Shown: piece after piece, positions 28,806 to 38,031 of the stretch | Layout of the letters: the number at the start of each line of letters is the position of its first letter | Position numbering within the stretch: the first letter of the stretch is position 1 | DNA from: Candidatus Latescibacterota bacterium | GTDB lineage: Bacteria; Latescibacterota; UBA2968; GCA-2709665 | Length of the DNA: 64,000 bases | Direction of reading: 5' to 3' | Assembly (NCBI GenBank): GCA_965116875.1 | Contig: OZ220733.1 | Coordinates: 2,240,001-2,304,000 of the forward strand | Made by a program: the position numbers and the translations under genes | Notes under the pieces: model-generated | What the model saw: the letters and a program-made list of their open reading frames with translations, nothing else | Databases searched by the model: none | What the model was told of the DNA's origin: nothing

Positions 28806-29996
28806 ATGAGCTTACGCCCCAAAATCCAGGTCTGGTTGTACGCTTTCGGTATCCTTATATCGACCGCGTCGGCGCAGACCACTCCCGATATCGATTTCGA
28901 CGGCAACGATGTTATCGATTTCGGGGATTACGTCCTCCTGGCGGAGGCATTCGGAACCGGGGACACGCGGTTTGATCTCAACGGCGACGGAGCCGTCGAT
29001 CTTCAGGATTTTCTGATATTCGCGCGCCTTTACGACAGGGCTCAACACACGGTGATGCATTCTCACGTAGACGAGGAACTTGCCGTCGGTTCCGTCGATG
29101 TGTATACCGTGCCGACCCTGGGAAGCCAGCCACGGGATATCGTGGTCGACGCCCTGGGCCGGGTCTGGTTCGCGCAGACGGGCGCAAACCAGATCGGCCG
29201 TTTCGATCCATCAACCGAGACATTCGTCGAATATCCGTTGCCAACCCCCGGTGGGCGGCCGGCGCGGCTTGCCGTTGACGGCCGCGGGATCGTCTGGTTT
29301 ACGGATATTGTTGCGAATGCGATCGGCCGGCTCGACCCGATTTCCGTAGAAATCCGGGTGTATTCCGTTCCCACCCCGGGAAGCCGGCCCAAAGGACTGG
29401 TTTTCGACCGTAGGGGTTACCTCTGGTTCACGCAGGAATCCGGAAACCAGATCGGTCGACTCGATCCTGATCGCGGCACGTTCGAAGAGTACCCTGTGTT
29501 CACTCCCTCGGCCGGTCTGGACCAGATACTGGTCGACAGCGAAGGAATACTGGTGTTTTCGGAACGAGCCGTCGGAAAATTCGGCCGGATGAATCCGGAA
29601 ACGAAAGAGATCGCGGAGATCGAGATACCCATCCGGAATCTGACCACAAAACAGTTCGTGCTGGATGCCGGAAATCAAATCTGGTTCGCCGCGAATTCCT
29701 TTCAACTGCACAAGTGGGACCTTCTGGCCACCGGGAACTTCACGAGCTACATCCTGCCTGAAGATGGACCGGATCCATCCTCGCTGTCCGTGGATCTCAA
29801 CGGACGAATCTGGTACGCGGCCGATCAGTCCAGGAATTTCGCCAGATTCGATCCGGAGGCTTCCAGTATCAGGATACTCGAACTGCCGTATTCGGTTTCA
29901 GGAGTGGGAGGCATGGCAAGAGATCGGCTTGGAAGGACCTGGTTTACCGATCCTTCCGGGAACCGGATCGGAAGCGTGGAGGACATCGGGCCTTGA
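28806..29996 (+). CDS. Secreted EF-hand/dockerin-like domain plus Vgb (virginiamycin B lyase-like) beta-propeller
   Basis: DFDGNDVIDFGD and DLNGDGAVDLQD; repeated G.VWF.....N.IGR.DP blades. Confidence 0.82.
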   Translation: MSLRPKIQVWLYAFGILISTASAQTTPDIDFDGNDVIDFGDYVLLAEAFGTGDTRFDLNGDGAVDLQDFLIFARLYDRAQHTVMHSHVDEELAVGSVDVYTVPTLGSQPRDIVVDALGRVWFAQTGANQIGRFDPSTETFVEYPLPTPGGRPARLAVDGRGIVWFTDIVANAIGRLDPISVEIRVYSVPTPGSRPKGLVFDRRGYLWFTQESGNQIGRLDPDRGTFEEYPVFTPSAGLDQILVDSEGILVFSERAVGKFGRMNPETKEIAEIEIPIRNLTTKQFVLDAGNQIWFAANSFQLHKWDLLATGNFTSYILPEDGPDPSSLSVDLNGRIWYAADQSRNFARFDPEASSIRILELPYSVSGVGGMARDRLGRTWFTDPSGNRIGSVEDIGP

Positions 29997-30160
29997 ATCG
30001 TCTGCCTGATCGCCTGGCGTGTACGTCTCGATCTTCAGGATTGCGGCGTTTTTTTGTGCGACGATAGAAGGAAATCGACACGTTCGGGCGGCGTCGGTAC
30101 CATTCCGGCTGAAGTCGCAGGCGTGAAATCAACACTCGAGTTGAGACGAATGGACCGGCC

Positions 30161-31576
30161 ATGAAGCTCCGAATTCTGACTTTGTTCTGCTTCTGCATGC
30201 TCCCCGTCACAGCCCCGGCCGCAACAGATCGGCTGGTTCTGATCTCACCGCATCCGGACGGAGTGCAGAATGAGTTTGAAACGGCTTTTAAGTCGCACTA
30301 TTCCAGGCTGACGGGCAGGGAGGTCATCCTGGAATGGCTTGACGTCGGCGGTGGCACGAGCTCGATTCTGAGATACGTCAAATCGGAATTCCGTCGAGCG
30401 CCCGGCGGAATCGGTATCGACGTCTTCTTCGGCGGAGGCATGGACCCTTTTATGGAAATCGCCGATATGGGACTCTGTTCGGCTCATCGCCTGCCTGAGG
30501 CGCTGCTGGATCGATTGCCACGGAGAATCGGGGGCATACCTCTGTACGATCCGGACTATCGCTGGTACGGCGCCACCCTGGCTGGTTTCGGAATCGTGTA
30601 CAACCGGGCCGTTCTCGAGCTTGTGAACCTGCCGGCCCCGCGGACCTGGGCCGACCTTGGGGATCCGAAGCTGTTTTCGTGGGTCGGTTCGGGAGATCCC
30701 AGAAGCAGCGGCAGCGTACACATGGCCTATGAGTTGATCCTGCAGGCATACGGCTGGGAGCGAGGCTGGGAGGTCATCACGACACTGGGCGCCAATGTCC
30801 GCAATTTTACGTCAGGCGGCTCACAGGCGCCCAAGGACGTCGCCGCTGGCGAGGTGGCTTACGGTCTGTCCATCGACTTCTATGCCTGGGCCCAGGCCAG
30901 CCAGGTGGGAGGAGACTATATCGGATTCACGATGCCCGACAACCTGACTATTGTCAATCCTGACGGGGTTGCCATCCTGAAAGGCGCATCCAACCTGCGG
31001 GCGGCACGGAGTTTCGTCGAATTCGTCATGTCGGACTCGGGCCAGAAACTCTGGTTTCTGAAAAAGGGGGTACCGGGCGGACCCCTGGAAACCGCGCTGA
31101 ACCGGTTTACGGTATTGCCCGATCTCTACCGGAGGTACCGCGGTGAGGCCGCCGTTGCGCTGAACCCGTTCGAGTGGACGTCGGACCTCGTCTATGACTC
31201 GGAGAAGGCGTCAACCCGATGGCGCGTGTTGAACGACCTGATCGGCGTCATGGTGATCGATTCCCACCAGCAGCTGCAAAACGCCTGGAAAACGGCGATT
31301 ACGGAAGGAATAACCCCCGAACGTGTTCGACGGATCGCGAAAGTACCCGTCGGCGAAGAAGCCTGCGGCCGCCTGGGCGCCCATTGGCGCGATGCGGAAC
31401 TGCGCAACAGGACCCTGGCGTCATGGACGGAATTCGCACGGAACAAATACGGAGTTTCACAGCCGGCGTTTCGAAGTCGTCTTCTGGACAGGCTGACGCT
31501 CCTGTTCCCATTGGGCCTTGCAGGCGCCATGGTGATCTACCTCGCAAAGACGTCGCTTCGCTCGTTTCGACGGTAA
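30161..31576 (+). CDS. ABC transporter substrate-binding protein (Fe3+/AfuA-like class) with a C-terminal TM segment
   Basis: ISPH, DVFFGGG, GIVYN, P.TWADL, DPRSSGS and A..FVEFVMS..GQ motifs. Confidence 0.85.
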   Translation: MKLRILTLFCFCMLPVTAPAATDRLVLISPHPDGVQNEFETAFKSHYSRLTGREVILEWLDVGGGTSSILRYVKSEFRRAPGGIGIDVFFGGGMDPFMEIADMGLCSAHRLPEALLDRLPRRIGGIPLYDPDYRWYGATLAGFGIVYNRAVLELVNLPAPRTWADLGDPKLFSWVGSGDPRSSGSVHMAYELILQAYGWERGWEVITTLGANVRNFTSGGSQAPKDVAAGEVAYGLSIDFYAWAQASQVGGDYIGFTMPDNLTIVNPDGVAILKGASNLRAARSFVEFVMSDSGQKLWFLKKGVPGGPLETALNRFTVLPDLYRRYRGEAAVALNPFEWTSDLVYDSEKASTRWRVLNDLIGVMVIDSHQQLQNAWKTAITEGITPERVRRIAKVPVGEEACGRLGAHWRDAELRNRTLASWTEFARNKYGVSQPAFRSRLLDRLTLLFPLGLAGAMVIYLAKTSLRSFRR

Positions 31577-31632
31577 CTCGTCGCCGGCGCCCCGGAAGCA
31601 GGGAAACGTGAGACGGAAGTGGGGGAGAAAAA

Positions 31633-31797
31633 CGGGTAGACGGGAGACGTAAGACGGGAGAAGATATCCTTGCCGGCGAATTTATCCCTGCTTGCCTCCG
31701 GCACGAAAAGAAGCCTCACAAGGCAGGTAATCTCTACCCTCTACCGGCTACCGGCTCACCGCTTTTGGTCTACCGTCTCACGTCTTGCGTCTACCCG
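31633..31797. repeat. Inverted pair of heptamer tandem repeats (NNAGACG)n / (CGTCTNN)n
   Basis: cgggtagacgggagacgtaagacgggaga (31633-31661) versus tctaccgtctcacgtcttgcgtctacccg (31769-31797); additional ctaccg-type heptamers at 31733-31760. Confidence 0.75.
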
Positions 31798-31882
31798 CAT
31801 TCAGGCTCTTGTAGCCAATTTGACCGCTGCCATTTTTCGAATTGAGGCTGAAAACAGCCTCCAGGGGACATGAGGGCGTACC

Positions 31883-32971
31883 ATGGTGCGTGTTTGTCTG
31901 CAGGATGTCACAAAGCGATTCGGCAACGTCGTTGCTGTTGAATGCGTCAATCTCGAAATCGAGAAAGGCGAATTCTACTTTCTGCTGGGACCCTCCGGAT
32001 GCGGCAAGACCACGTTGTTGAGAACGGTCGCCGGTTTCTACAGGCCGGAACGCGGACGCGTGTTTTTTGACGATCGGGACGTTACCGGAGTCCCGCCGGA
32101 AAAACGAAACACGGGAATGGTCTTTCAGAATTACGCTCTCTGGCCTCATATGACGGTCTGGCAGAACGTGGAGTACGGCCTTGCACTGCGCGACATTGCG
32201 TCGCGAAAACGCGCTGACCGGATCCGGCAGGCGTTACAGATGGTGAGAATGGAAGGATACCGGGACCGGACCCCCAACCAGTTGTCAGGTGGGCAGCAGC
32301 AGCGGGTGGCGCTGGCGCGGGCCCTGGTGATCGAACCCGACGTGGTGCTGCTGGACGAACCGCTCTCCAATCTCGACGCACGTCTGCGGCTGGAGATGAG
32401 GGAACAGATCCAGGCGCTGCACCAGAGCCTCGGGATTACCATGATCTATGTCACCCACGACCAGAAGGAAGCGCTGGCAATGGCCAGCCGCGTCGCCGTG
32501 ATGCAGGCGGGGCGGGTCGTACAGTCCGGTTCTCCCAGGACGTTGTATTCGAAGCCGGCCAACCGGTTTGTCGCGGACTTCATCGGTGAAATCAACCTGA
32601 TTTCGGGCAAGGTTGTCCTGCTGGACGGGAACATTGGTGTGGAAACGGGGGTGGGCGTCCTGTACGGCAGGCCGGGCTACGACGGGATCCGGAAAGGCGA
32701 CCGCGTACTGTGCGCCGTCCGCCCGGAAGCCATGGAGTTCCTCGCTGGCAGTCCGGACGAAGCGGACCACGTCGTCACCGGAACGGTCCGGAACGCGATA
32801 TACCTGGGCGAAATGGAACAGTTCGTTGTGGACCTGCCGGATGGAACGCAGGTGAAGCTCGTTGAGAGCCATCCACTGGTTCAGAGAGCATTTCCGGGCG
32901 ATCGTATGAGCATCCGGTTCGACCGGGACGCGGTAACAATTCTACGGGACGACGGTGAAAACCTGGCTTGA
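31883..32971 (+). CDS. ABC transporter ATP-binding protein (FbpC/PotA-like, TOBE domain)
   Basis: [21 protein letters not shown] and YVTHDQ motifs. Confidence 0.93.
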   Translation: MVRVCLQDVTKRFGNVVAVECVNLEIEKGEFYFLLGPSGCGKTTLLRTVAGFYRPERGRVFFDDRDVTGVPPEKRNTGMVFQNYALWPHMTVWQNVEYGLALRDIASRKRADRIRQALQMVRMEGYRDRTPNQLSGGQQQRVALARALVIEPDVVLLDEPLSNLDARLRLEMREQIQALHQSLGITMIYVTHDQKEALAMASRVAVMQAGRVVQSGSPRTLYSKPANRFVADFIGEINLISGKVVLLDGNIGVETGVGVLYGRPGYDGIRKGDRVLCAVRPEAMEFLAGSPDEADHVVTGTVRNAIYLGEMEQFVVDLPDGTQVKLVESHPLVQRAFPGDRMSIRFDRDAVTILRDDGENLA

Positions 32972-34649
32972 TCGATACGACCTGACCCGGTCCAGAATCC
33001 TCTTTCTGGCGGGACTGTCTGCCTTCTTTGTGTTTTTTCTGTTCTATCCGCTCTGGTACGCCGTTGTGCGAGCCCTGTGGGTAAACGGAGAATTCTCGCT
33101 CGTTTTCTTTGAGCTGATGGCAGGAAATCCGGTCTACACGGAGATGATTCTGAACAGTTTCCGTCTCGGAATGTTCACGACAATCGCAACGACACTGCTG
33201 AGTCTTCCCGTTGCATTCCTGCTGGTACGGTATGACTTCAGGGGCAAGAACGTCCTCAATGGTCTGATCCTGGTGCCCATGGTCCTCCCGCCGTTCGTGG
33301 GCGCGATCGGGATGAAACAGATGTTCGCCCGCTTCGGATCGATCAACCTTCTGCTGCTCGAGCTGGGAATCGTCGACCAGCCGATCGACTGGTTCGGGGG
33401 CGGGTTTACCGGCGTGGTCATTCTGCAGGTGTTGCACCTTTATCCCATTATGTTCCTGAACGTGGCTGCGGCGTTGGCGAATATCGACCCCAGCCTCGAA
33501 GAGGCCGCACGCAACATGGGGGCCCGCGGTTTCAGGCTGTTTCGAAGCGTCACCTTTCCGCTGATGTTGCCCGGCTATTTCGCGGGTGCGATCATTGTCT
33601 TCATCTGGGCGTTTACGGACCTTGGAACACCGCTGATCTTCAACTATCGCCAGGTGGTGATGGTCGAGATATTCAATGCTATATCAGATATCAACGAAAA
33701 CCCCATGGCGTATGCGCTCGTGGTTTTTCTTTTGCTGCTGACCGTGTTGTTTTTCTACCTGTCCAAGCTGTTGCTGGGCAAACGGAGGTACGAAATGGTT
33801 GCGCGGGGACACGTGGGTTCGGCAACCCGTCGTGCGACACCCGGGATGACCGCGTTCATCTACGGAGTCATGATCTCACTGACAGCCATCGCGCTGATCC
33901 CTCACCTGAGCGTTTTCCTGACCTCCATCTCCGAGCGCTGGTTCATGTCGATCTGGCCGCAGGAAATCACCGGCAGGTACTATCCGCTCGTATATCGGCA
34001 CCCGATCGCGGGCCCCAGTGTAACCATGAGCCTGATGCTGAGTACTTTCAGTACGATTTGCGACGTGGTACTCGGCATATCCATTGCCTATCTGCTTGCC
34101 CGTACCCGGGTCCCGTTCAGAGGCGCGCTGGACGCGGTCGCGATGCTACCGCTGGCCCTGCCGGGCCCGGTGCTGGCATTCGGGTATCTGGCCGGGTATT
34201 CCGGCACCTTTCTGGATGCGAGACACAATCCCGTGCCGCTGCTGGTTATCGCGTACGCGGTGAGACGACTGCCATATATGGTCAGATCTGCCTACGCAGG
34301 ATTCCAGCAAAGCAGTGTCGCTCTCGAAGAAGCGGCCAGGAATCTGGGCGCGTCTCCACTGCGCACGACTTTGCAGATTACCTTCCCGCTCATTCTCGCG
34401 AATCTGGTCGCCGGCGCCATTCTCTGTTTTTCCTTTGCCATGCTGGAAGTCAGCGACAGTCTGATACTTGCGTTGAAGACACAGTATTACCCCATCACCA
34501 AAGCCATCTACGCGTTGATGGGCAGGATTGCGGATGGGCCATACATTGCCAGCGCGATGGGCATGCTGGGCATGCTGCTTCTCATGCTCAGCCTCTTCCT
34601 GGCCGGACGGTTCCTGGGCCGGCGCATGGGGGAACTCTTCCGCGCGTAG
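32955..34649 (+). CDS. ABC transporter permease (FbpB-like, two BPD modules)
   Basis: Two EEAARN.GA EAA loops; many TM helices. Confidence 0.9.
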   Translation: MKTWLDRYDLTRSRILFLAGLSAFFVFFLFYPLWYAVVRALWVNGEFSLVFFELMAGNPVYTEMILNSFRLGMFTTIATTLLSLPVAFLLVRYDFRGKNVLNGLILVPMVLPPFVGAIGMKQMFARFGSINLLLLELGIVDQPIDWFGGGFTGVVILQVLHLYPIMFLNVAAALANIDPSLEEAARNMGARGFRLFRSVTFPLMLPGYFAGAIIVFIWAFTDLGTPLIFNYRQVVMVEIFNAISDINENPMAYALVVFLLLLTVLFFYLSKLLLGKRRYEMVARGHVGSATRRATPGMTAFIYGVMISLTAIALIPHLSVFLTSISERWFMSIWPQEITGRYYPLVYRHPIAGPSVTMSLMLSTFSTICDVVLGISIAYLLARTRVPFRGALDAVAMLPLALPGPVLAFGYLAGYSGTFLDARHNPVPLLVIAYAVRRLPYMVRSAYAGFQQSSVALEEAARNLGASPLRTTLQITFPLILANLVAGAILCFSFAMLEVSDSLILALKTQYYPITKAIYALMGRIADGPYIASAMGMLGMLLLMLSLFLAGRFLGRRMGELFRA

Positions 34650-34668
34650 GTTAAGGAGAACTCAGGAG

Positions 34669-35604
34669 ATGGTCTATATCGCTGTGGTTGTCCTGCTCAT
34701 GCTCGCGGTTATCTTCGCGCTCACGCGTGAACGGGAAACGCGAGGCAGAGGGGCTCCGACAGGAGACGATGCGCTGGCGGCGGACATGGCGGACCTGGTA
34801 ATCGAAGGCCGGAAGGAACACCTGCCGGCTGTCGGCCATCCGATATTGGGTGGGGCGCTTTGCGAATTGCTGGACCGCCTGGGGATAGAAGCAGAGCAGG
34901 TGCTGGTCGATCGTGGCTTTGCACGAGGCGACGGGGCGATACGCGCGGAAGACGAAAAGACCCGGAATCTGAAGGTTTTCGATCCCGCGGAAAACATGAT
35001 CCAGGTTGTAGAGCGGGCATTGCTCGTGGGGATTCAGTTGGCGCGCGCCGACGATGACTACGCCGGCGTGGGCGATGATCACCTGGATCTCGAGGCGCTG
35101 GCGCGCAAAGCCGAAGCTATCGAAATGGATCTGTTCGGCGACGGAAAGCGCGATCGTTACGTGTTCTACGGGAAGGCAGCGCTGGTGCTCCAGGATATGC
35201 TTCAGGATGAAAGAGAAGCGGCGCGACGGGAAGTCCTGCGAGGGCTGCTGGAGATGGTCGACGCAGAGATCGATGCCTTCCAGGAAGAGCTGGACCGGTC
35301 GATGGCGCACATCCCCGAGCCGGATACGTTGAGGTGGGGCGACCGGAGGGATCGACAGTTGTATTATTTCAAGATGGGCGTAACGAATTCACTGAGACGA
35401 AGCGGGCAGCTGGAGAGCCTGGGACACCTCTACCGGTACCGGGGGGTAAATTACGACGTCCTGGAAGCATATGACCTGGCGGCCCAGGACTGTCCGCAAC
35501 TCTTCGCGGCTGACGTAATTGGAATCGACGGATTGCTGCGACTGGCGTCCGGAGAGGTCCGGGCGCTGGCACGGCAGTCGCTTTCCGAGGGCGGAAGGCG
35601 CTAA
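34669..35604 (+). CDS. Hypothetical membrane-anchored protein
   Basis: ATG after AGGAG; N-terminal hydrophobic helix; acidic helical body. Confidence 0.7.
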   Translation: MVYIAVVVLLMLAVIFALTRERETRGRGAPTGDDALAADMADLVIEGRKEHLPAVGHPILGGALCELLDRLGIEAEQVLVDRGFARGDGAIRAEDEKTRNLKVFDPAENMIQVVERALLVGIQLARADDDYAGVGDDHLDLEALARKAEAIEMDLFGDGKRDRYVFYGKAALVLQDMLQDEREAARREVLRGLLEMVDAEIDAFQEELDRSMAHIPEPDTLRWGDRRDRQLYYFKMGVTNSLRRSGQLESLGHLYRYRGVNYDVLEAYDLAAQDCPQLFAADVIGIDGLLRLASGEVRALARQSLSEGGRR

Positions 35605-35714
35605 GAAATGTTGGAAAAGAAGTCAGATCTGCTGACGTGGTGCGTACATCGCGTTAGACACAGGACAGAACAAGAATCGGAAATGGAATTTGCGGACTTG
35701 CTTACAACCTTCTT
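35603..35714. mobile_element. Possible degenerate MITE at the edge of the low-GC island
   Basis: Imperfect inverted repeat aagaaatgttggaaaagaagtc / gacttgcttacaaccttctt, starting on a TAA stop like family A. Confidence 0.3.
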
Positions 35715-35844
35715 CGATGGGCCCCAAGATCGGAGATCGACCACAAGAAAGCCATGTTCAGATTGACGAGTGCGAGCAAGACACAATTTACACCAGTTGA
35801 TTTGGCCAGGGTCTGGAAAAGTAGACATTCCTGACAGCGGCGAC

Positions 35845-36288
35845 CTAACGGTTCTTCCGTTTCATGAACCTGATTGGAGTCCCGTACGCTGGTCCGCTTA
35901 CGTCATTAACTTCACGATGAACTATATCCGCATTCGCGCCCATCTTGCTTGTCCAATGTCCATTCTCCAATTGTCTCGCCGCATGCGTCGGGATAAGGCG
36001 TCCATCATCGCTCAACTGAGCATACAGGGCGATTTTTTCGTAATTTTCCTCTAAGTCGCAGTCGTCACATTCCTGAAAATCCAATGATTCGAAAAATCCC
36101 AACAACGACTCGACAGATTCGTCCTTGTGTGTCTTTAGCGGCCAGAAAAAGGATGTCGGCCAGAGCCAGCAATCGTCAAAACCTGCAGCCCAGGCTACGC
36201 AGTTGTACACGCGAGTCGGCGGACTGTTAATCGAGTAATGAGCAGAATTCAGGTAAGGGAAATCGTCAGAATTCCATCTACTATCCAC
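35845..36288 (-). CDS. Papain-like Cys-His protein (DUF7689-like), candidate toxin/effector
   Basis: YNCVAWAAG, KIALY, PTHAARQ, WTSKMG and YG motifs; GTG start overlaps the upstream gene by 8 nt. Confidence 0.75.
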   Translation of the reverse strand: MDSRWNSDDFPYLNSAHYSINSPPTRVYNCVAWAAGFDDCWLWPTSFFWPLKTHKDESVESLLGFFESLDFQECDDCDLEENYEKIALYAQLSDDGRLIPTHAARQLENGHWTSKMGANADIVHREVNDVSGPAYGTPIRFMKRKNR

Positions 36289-36718
36289 TCTTGCCTCTCC
36301 ACCACGCGAGCCACGCTTTAGCCATTCGTACAGTCTTTCCGTAGTCTTCTTCCTGTATCGGAATCTCGCCTGTAATTTCGTGCAGGGCCATAAACCAAAG
36401 ATCGGGCTCTTCCTTGTGCTTTTCCAGGTCCTCCATTATGAATGGAAGCGCCCTTTCTCCCATTTCGACAATTTTCCGGTATGACTGACATTTGGCCATT
36501 GCAACTGGAGAAGACGTAAATCCTCGCTCTTCATGCCACTTCTGAACATGAATGGAAAATACGGCGCTATCAGGGAGGACGAACATCTCTGGATCGGAGG
36601 AATAGTAGACATCTCCATCAAACTCGTGGTGTTTAAAGTCAAACTCCGGAACACTATCTGTCCTTCCCTCCCCGTGTAGAACAGGGTGGGTCTGGGCACG
36701 AGCATAGCAGATTACCAT
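36281..36718 (-). CDS. Conserved hypothetical helical protein
   Basis: W..E..F.SS...Y..I..MG..ALP.I..L...WF.AL.EITG..P...G.....AWL.W pattern; ATG 1 nt after the upstream stop. Confidence 0.75.
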   Translation of the reverse strand: MVICYARAQTHPVLHGEGRTDSVPEFDFKHHEFDGDVYYSSDPEMFVLPDSAVFSIHVQKWHEERGFTSSPVAMAKCQSYRKIVEMGERALPFIMEDLEKHKEEPDLWFMALHEITGEIPIQEEDYGKTVRMAKAWLAWWRGKSG

Positions 36719-36719
36719 A

Positions 36720-36962
36720 TCATTGCTCCTGCGTCAGGGGGCTGCTATGGACGTTTATTATATTGTTGCTCTTGACAACGTAGATTGGATTCCCAGACTG
36801 GTCAAACCGATTTTCGACGCGAACGACTTCCTGTGGAGTCGCTTTTATGTTTAGAATCGTCCCGTCATCAAGGCGTATTTGGCTAAACCTCTCGACGGAT
36901 TCAATTATTGTAACTTTCGTGCACTCGACCTCTTCGTTGTTCAAATTAATCTTCGGCGACAT
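36720..36962 (-). CDS. Small beta-rich hypothetical protein
   Basis: ESVERFSQIRLDDGTILNIK...FDQSGNPIYVVKS; GGAG RBS. Confidence 0.72.
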   Translation of the reverse strand: MSPKINLNNEEVECTKVTIIESVERFSQIRLDDGTILNIKATPQEVVRVENRFDQSGNPIYVVKSNNIINVHSSPLTQEQ

Positions 36963-36998
36963 ACGTTTGCTCCACATCTGCCTGCGTGTTAAGCAGCT

Positions 36999-37280
36999 TT
37001 ACTGTGTTCTCCCACGGGCATTTTCGTAATAGGGACGCACGCGTTCGATGACTTCCGTGTCCAGTTTGCATTCAGAGACGATACGCGTGAATTCCTCTTC
37101 CGGCAAGCCGAGTTCCTCCAGGAACTTCTGGTCGGCCGGTCAGGGGTAGACGTAGTCTCCGATGTTGTTCCGCAGCATCGCCCGGGCCTTGTCCGTAATC
37201 CGCGGCAGCCAGGGGATACCGCCCATGGCGAGTGTTCTGCCTCGAGGGCGGAATTCGATGGAATCGTGCATGGTATCCAT
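36999..37280 (-). CDS. DUF5069-like selenoprotein (UGA read as Sec at 37140-37142), 93 aa
   Basis: MDTMHDSIEFRPRGRTLAMGGIPWLPRITDKARAMLRNNIGDYVYP-U-PADQKFLEELGLPEEEFTRIVSECKLDTEVIERVRPYYENARGRTQ*. AAGGAG RBS. The family-like sequence continues past the TGA, and a SECIS-like hairpin follows it. Confidence 0.8.
37100..37139 (-). promoter_or_regulatory. Bacterial SECIS element
   Basis: Immediately 3' of the UGA: ccggccgaccaga-agttcc-TGGA-ggaact-cggcttgccgg. The apical loop starts 19 nt after the UGA, with G at loop position 2. Confidence 0.75.
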
Positions 37281-37377
37281 CTGTTCGGCTCCTTTCCGAA
37301 TAGGGGTTGGACAATAAAAGAATACCGGTATGAGCATACAAAAGCAAGCAGATATGGGGGTCCGGCGCTCACCCGGA

Positions 37378-37950
37378 TCAGCACACGGTGTTGTAGATGG
37401 ATAATGAAGTGCCGCCGTAGGTCTTCCTGACGCACAGCGAAAGGTGTTGTACAGTCACAGGCGTTTCAAGGTCTGCAGCATGTTGAATGAGGATATGGGT
37501 GGAACGCGCAACGAGGACCGATCCGCTCAGGCGGGAAAGCATGGCAAGTGCGTAAGGAACGCCGTTGATTCCAAGCTGGTAGGGCGGGTCAACGAAAATC
37601 ACATCGAAAGGCCGCTGTTCAGACTCCAGCAACGGCAGGAGTCTTTCCGCGTGAAGGTTCGTGACGCGGATCTGTTTTTCCGCCCTCCAGTCCTTCAGCA
37701 GCTTCGAAATAAAGCGGTGCCTTCCAGGTTCCGGTTCGTTCAGAAGCACCCGGGCCCCGCGGCTGTACGCCTCGAGGCCGATCTGGCCTGAACAGGAAAA
37801 CAGGTCGAGAAAATGAAGATGATCGAGCCTGGCGCCCAGGATGTTGAATGCGGCCTCTTTGATCCTTGCCGGCGTTACGCGGGCGTTACCGTGTTTCCTG
37901 ACGTCAAAGGGGATGGTCCGGCCTTTGAGTTTTCCGGTGATAATACGCAT
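37378..37950 (-). CDS. rsmD: 16S rRNA m2G966 methyltransferase RsmD family
   Basis: MRIITGKLKGR, KEAAFNIL, LDLFSCSGQIGLEAYSRGA, DPPY and YG motifs. Confidence 0.85.
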   Translation of the reverse strand: MRIITGKLKGRTIPFDVRKHGNARVTPARIKEAAFNILGARLDHLHFLDLFSCSGQIGLEAYSRGARVLLNEPEPGRHRFISKLLKDWRAEKQIRVTNLHAERLLPLLESEQRPFDVIFVDPPYQLGINGVPYALAMLSRLSGSVLVARSTHILIQHAADLETPVTVQHLSLCVRKTYGGTSLSIYNTVC

Positions 37951-37973
37951 GAGAAAGACGCTTCCCGCCACCC

Positions 37974-38029
37974 TGGCAGTCCGTTGAGAAAGTCGCTCTG
38001 CAGGCGAGGCCTGGTGTTCCGCCCCGGAA
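37974..38029. mobile_element. MITE family A, single-end fragment between glyQS and rsmD
   Basis: gcagtccgttgagaaagtcgctctgcaggcgaggcctggtgttccgccccggaa matches the reverse complement of 20991-21044. Confidence 0.8.
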
Positions 38030-38031
38030 CA

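Noticed and set aside
35601-35828. 75-aa ORF as a fourth gene of the low-GC cassette
   Set aside because: No RBS or recognisable motif, Ser/Cys-rich composition, and it overlaps a probable repeat remnant.
6495-38029. Dispersed repeats as a CRISPR array
   Set aside because: Copies are kilobases apart, are inverted-repeat termini, and have no spacers or cas genes.
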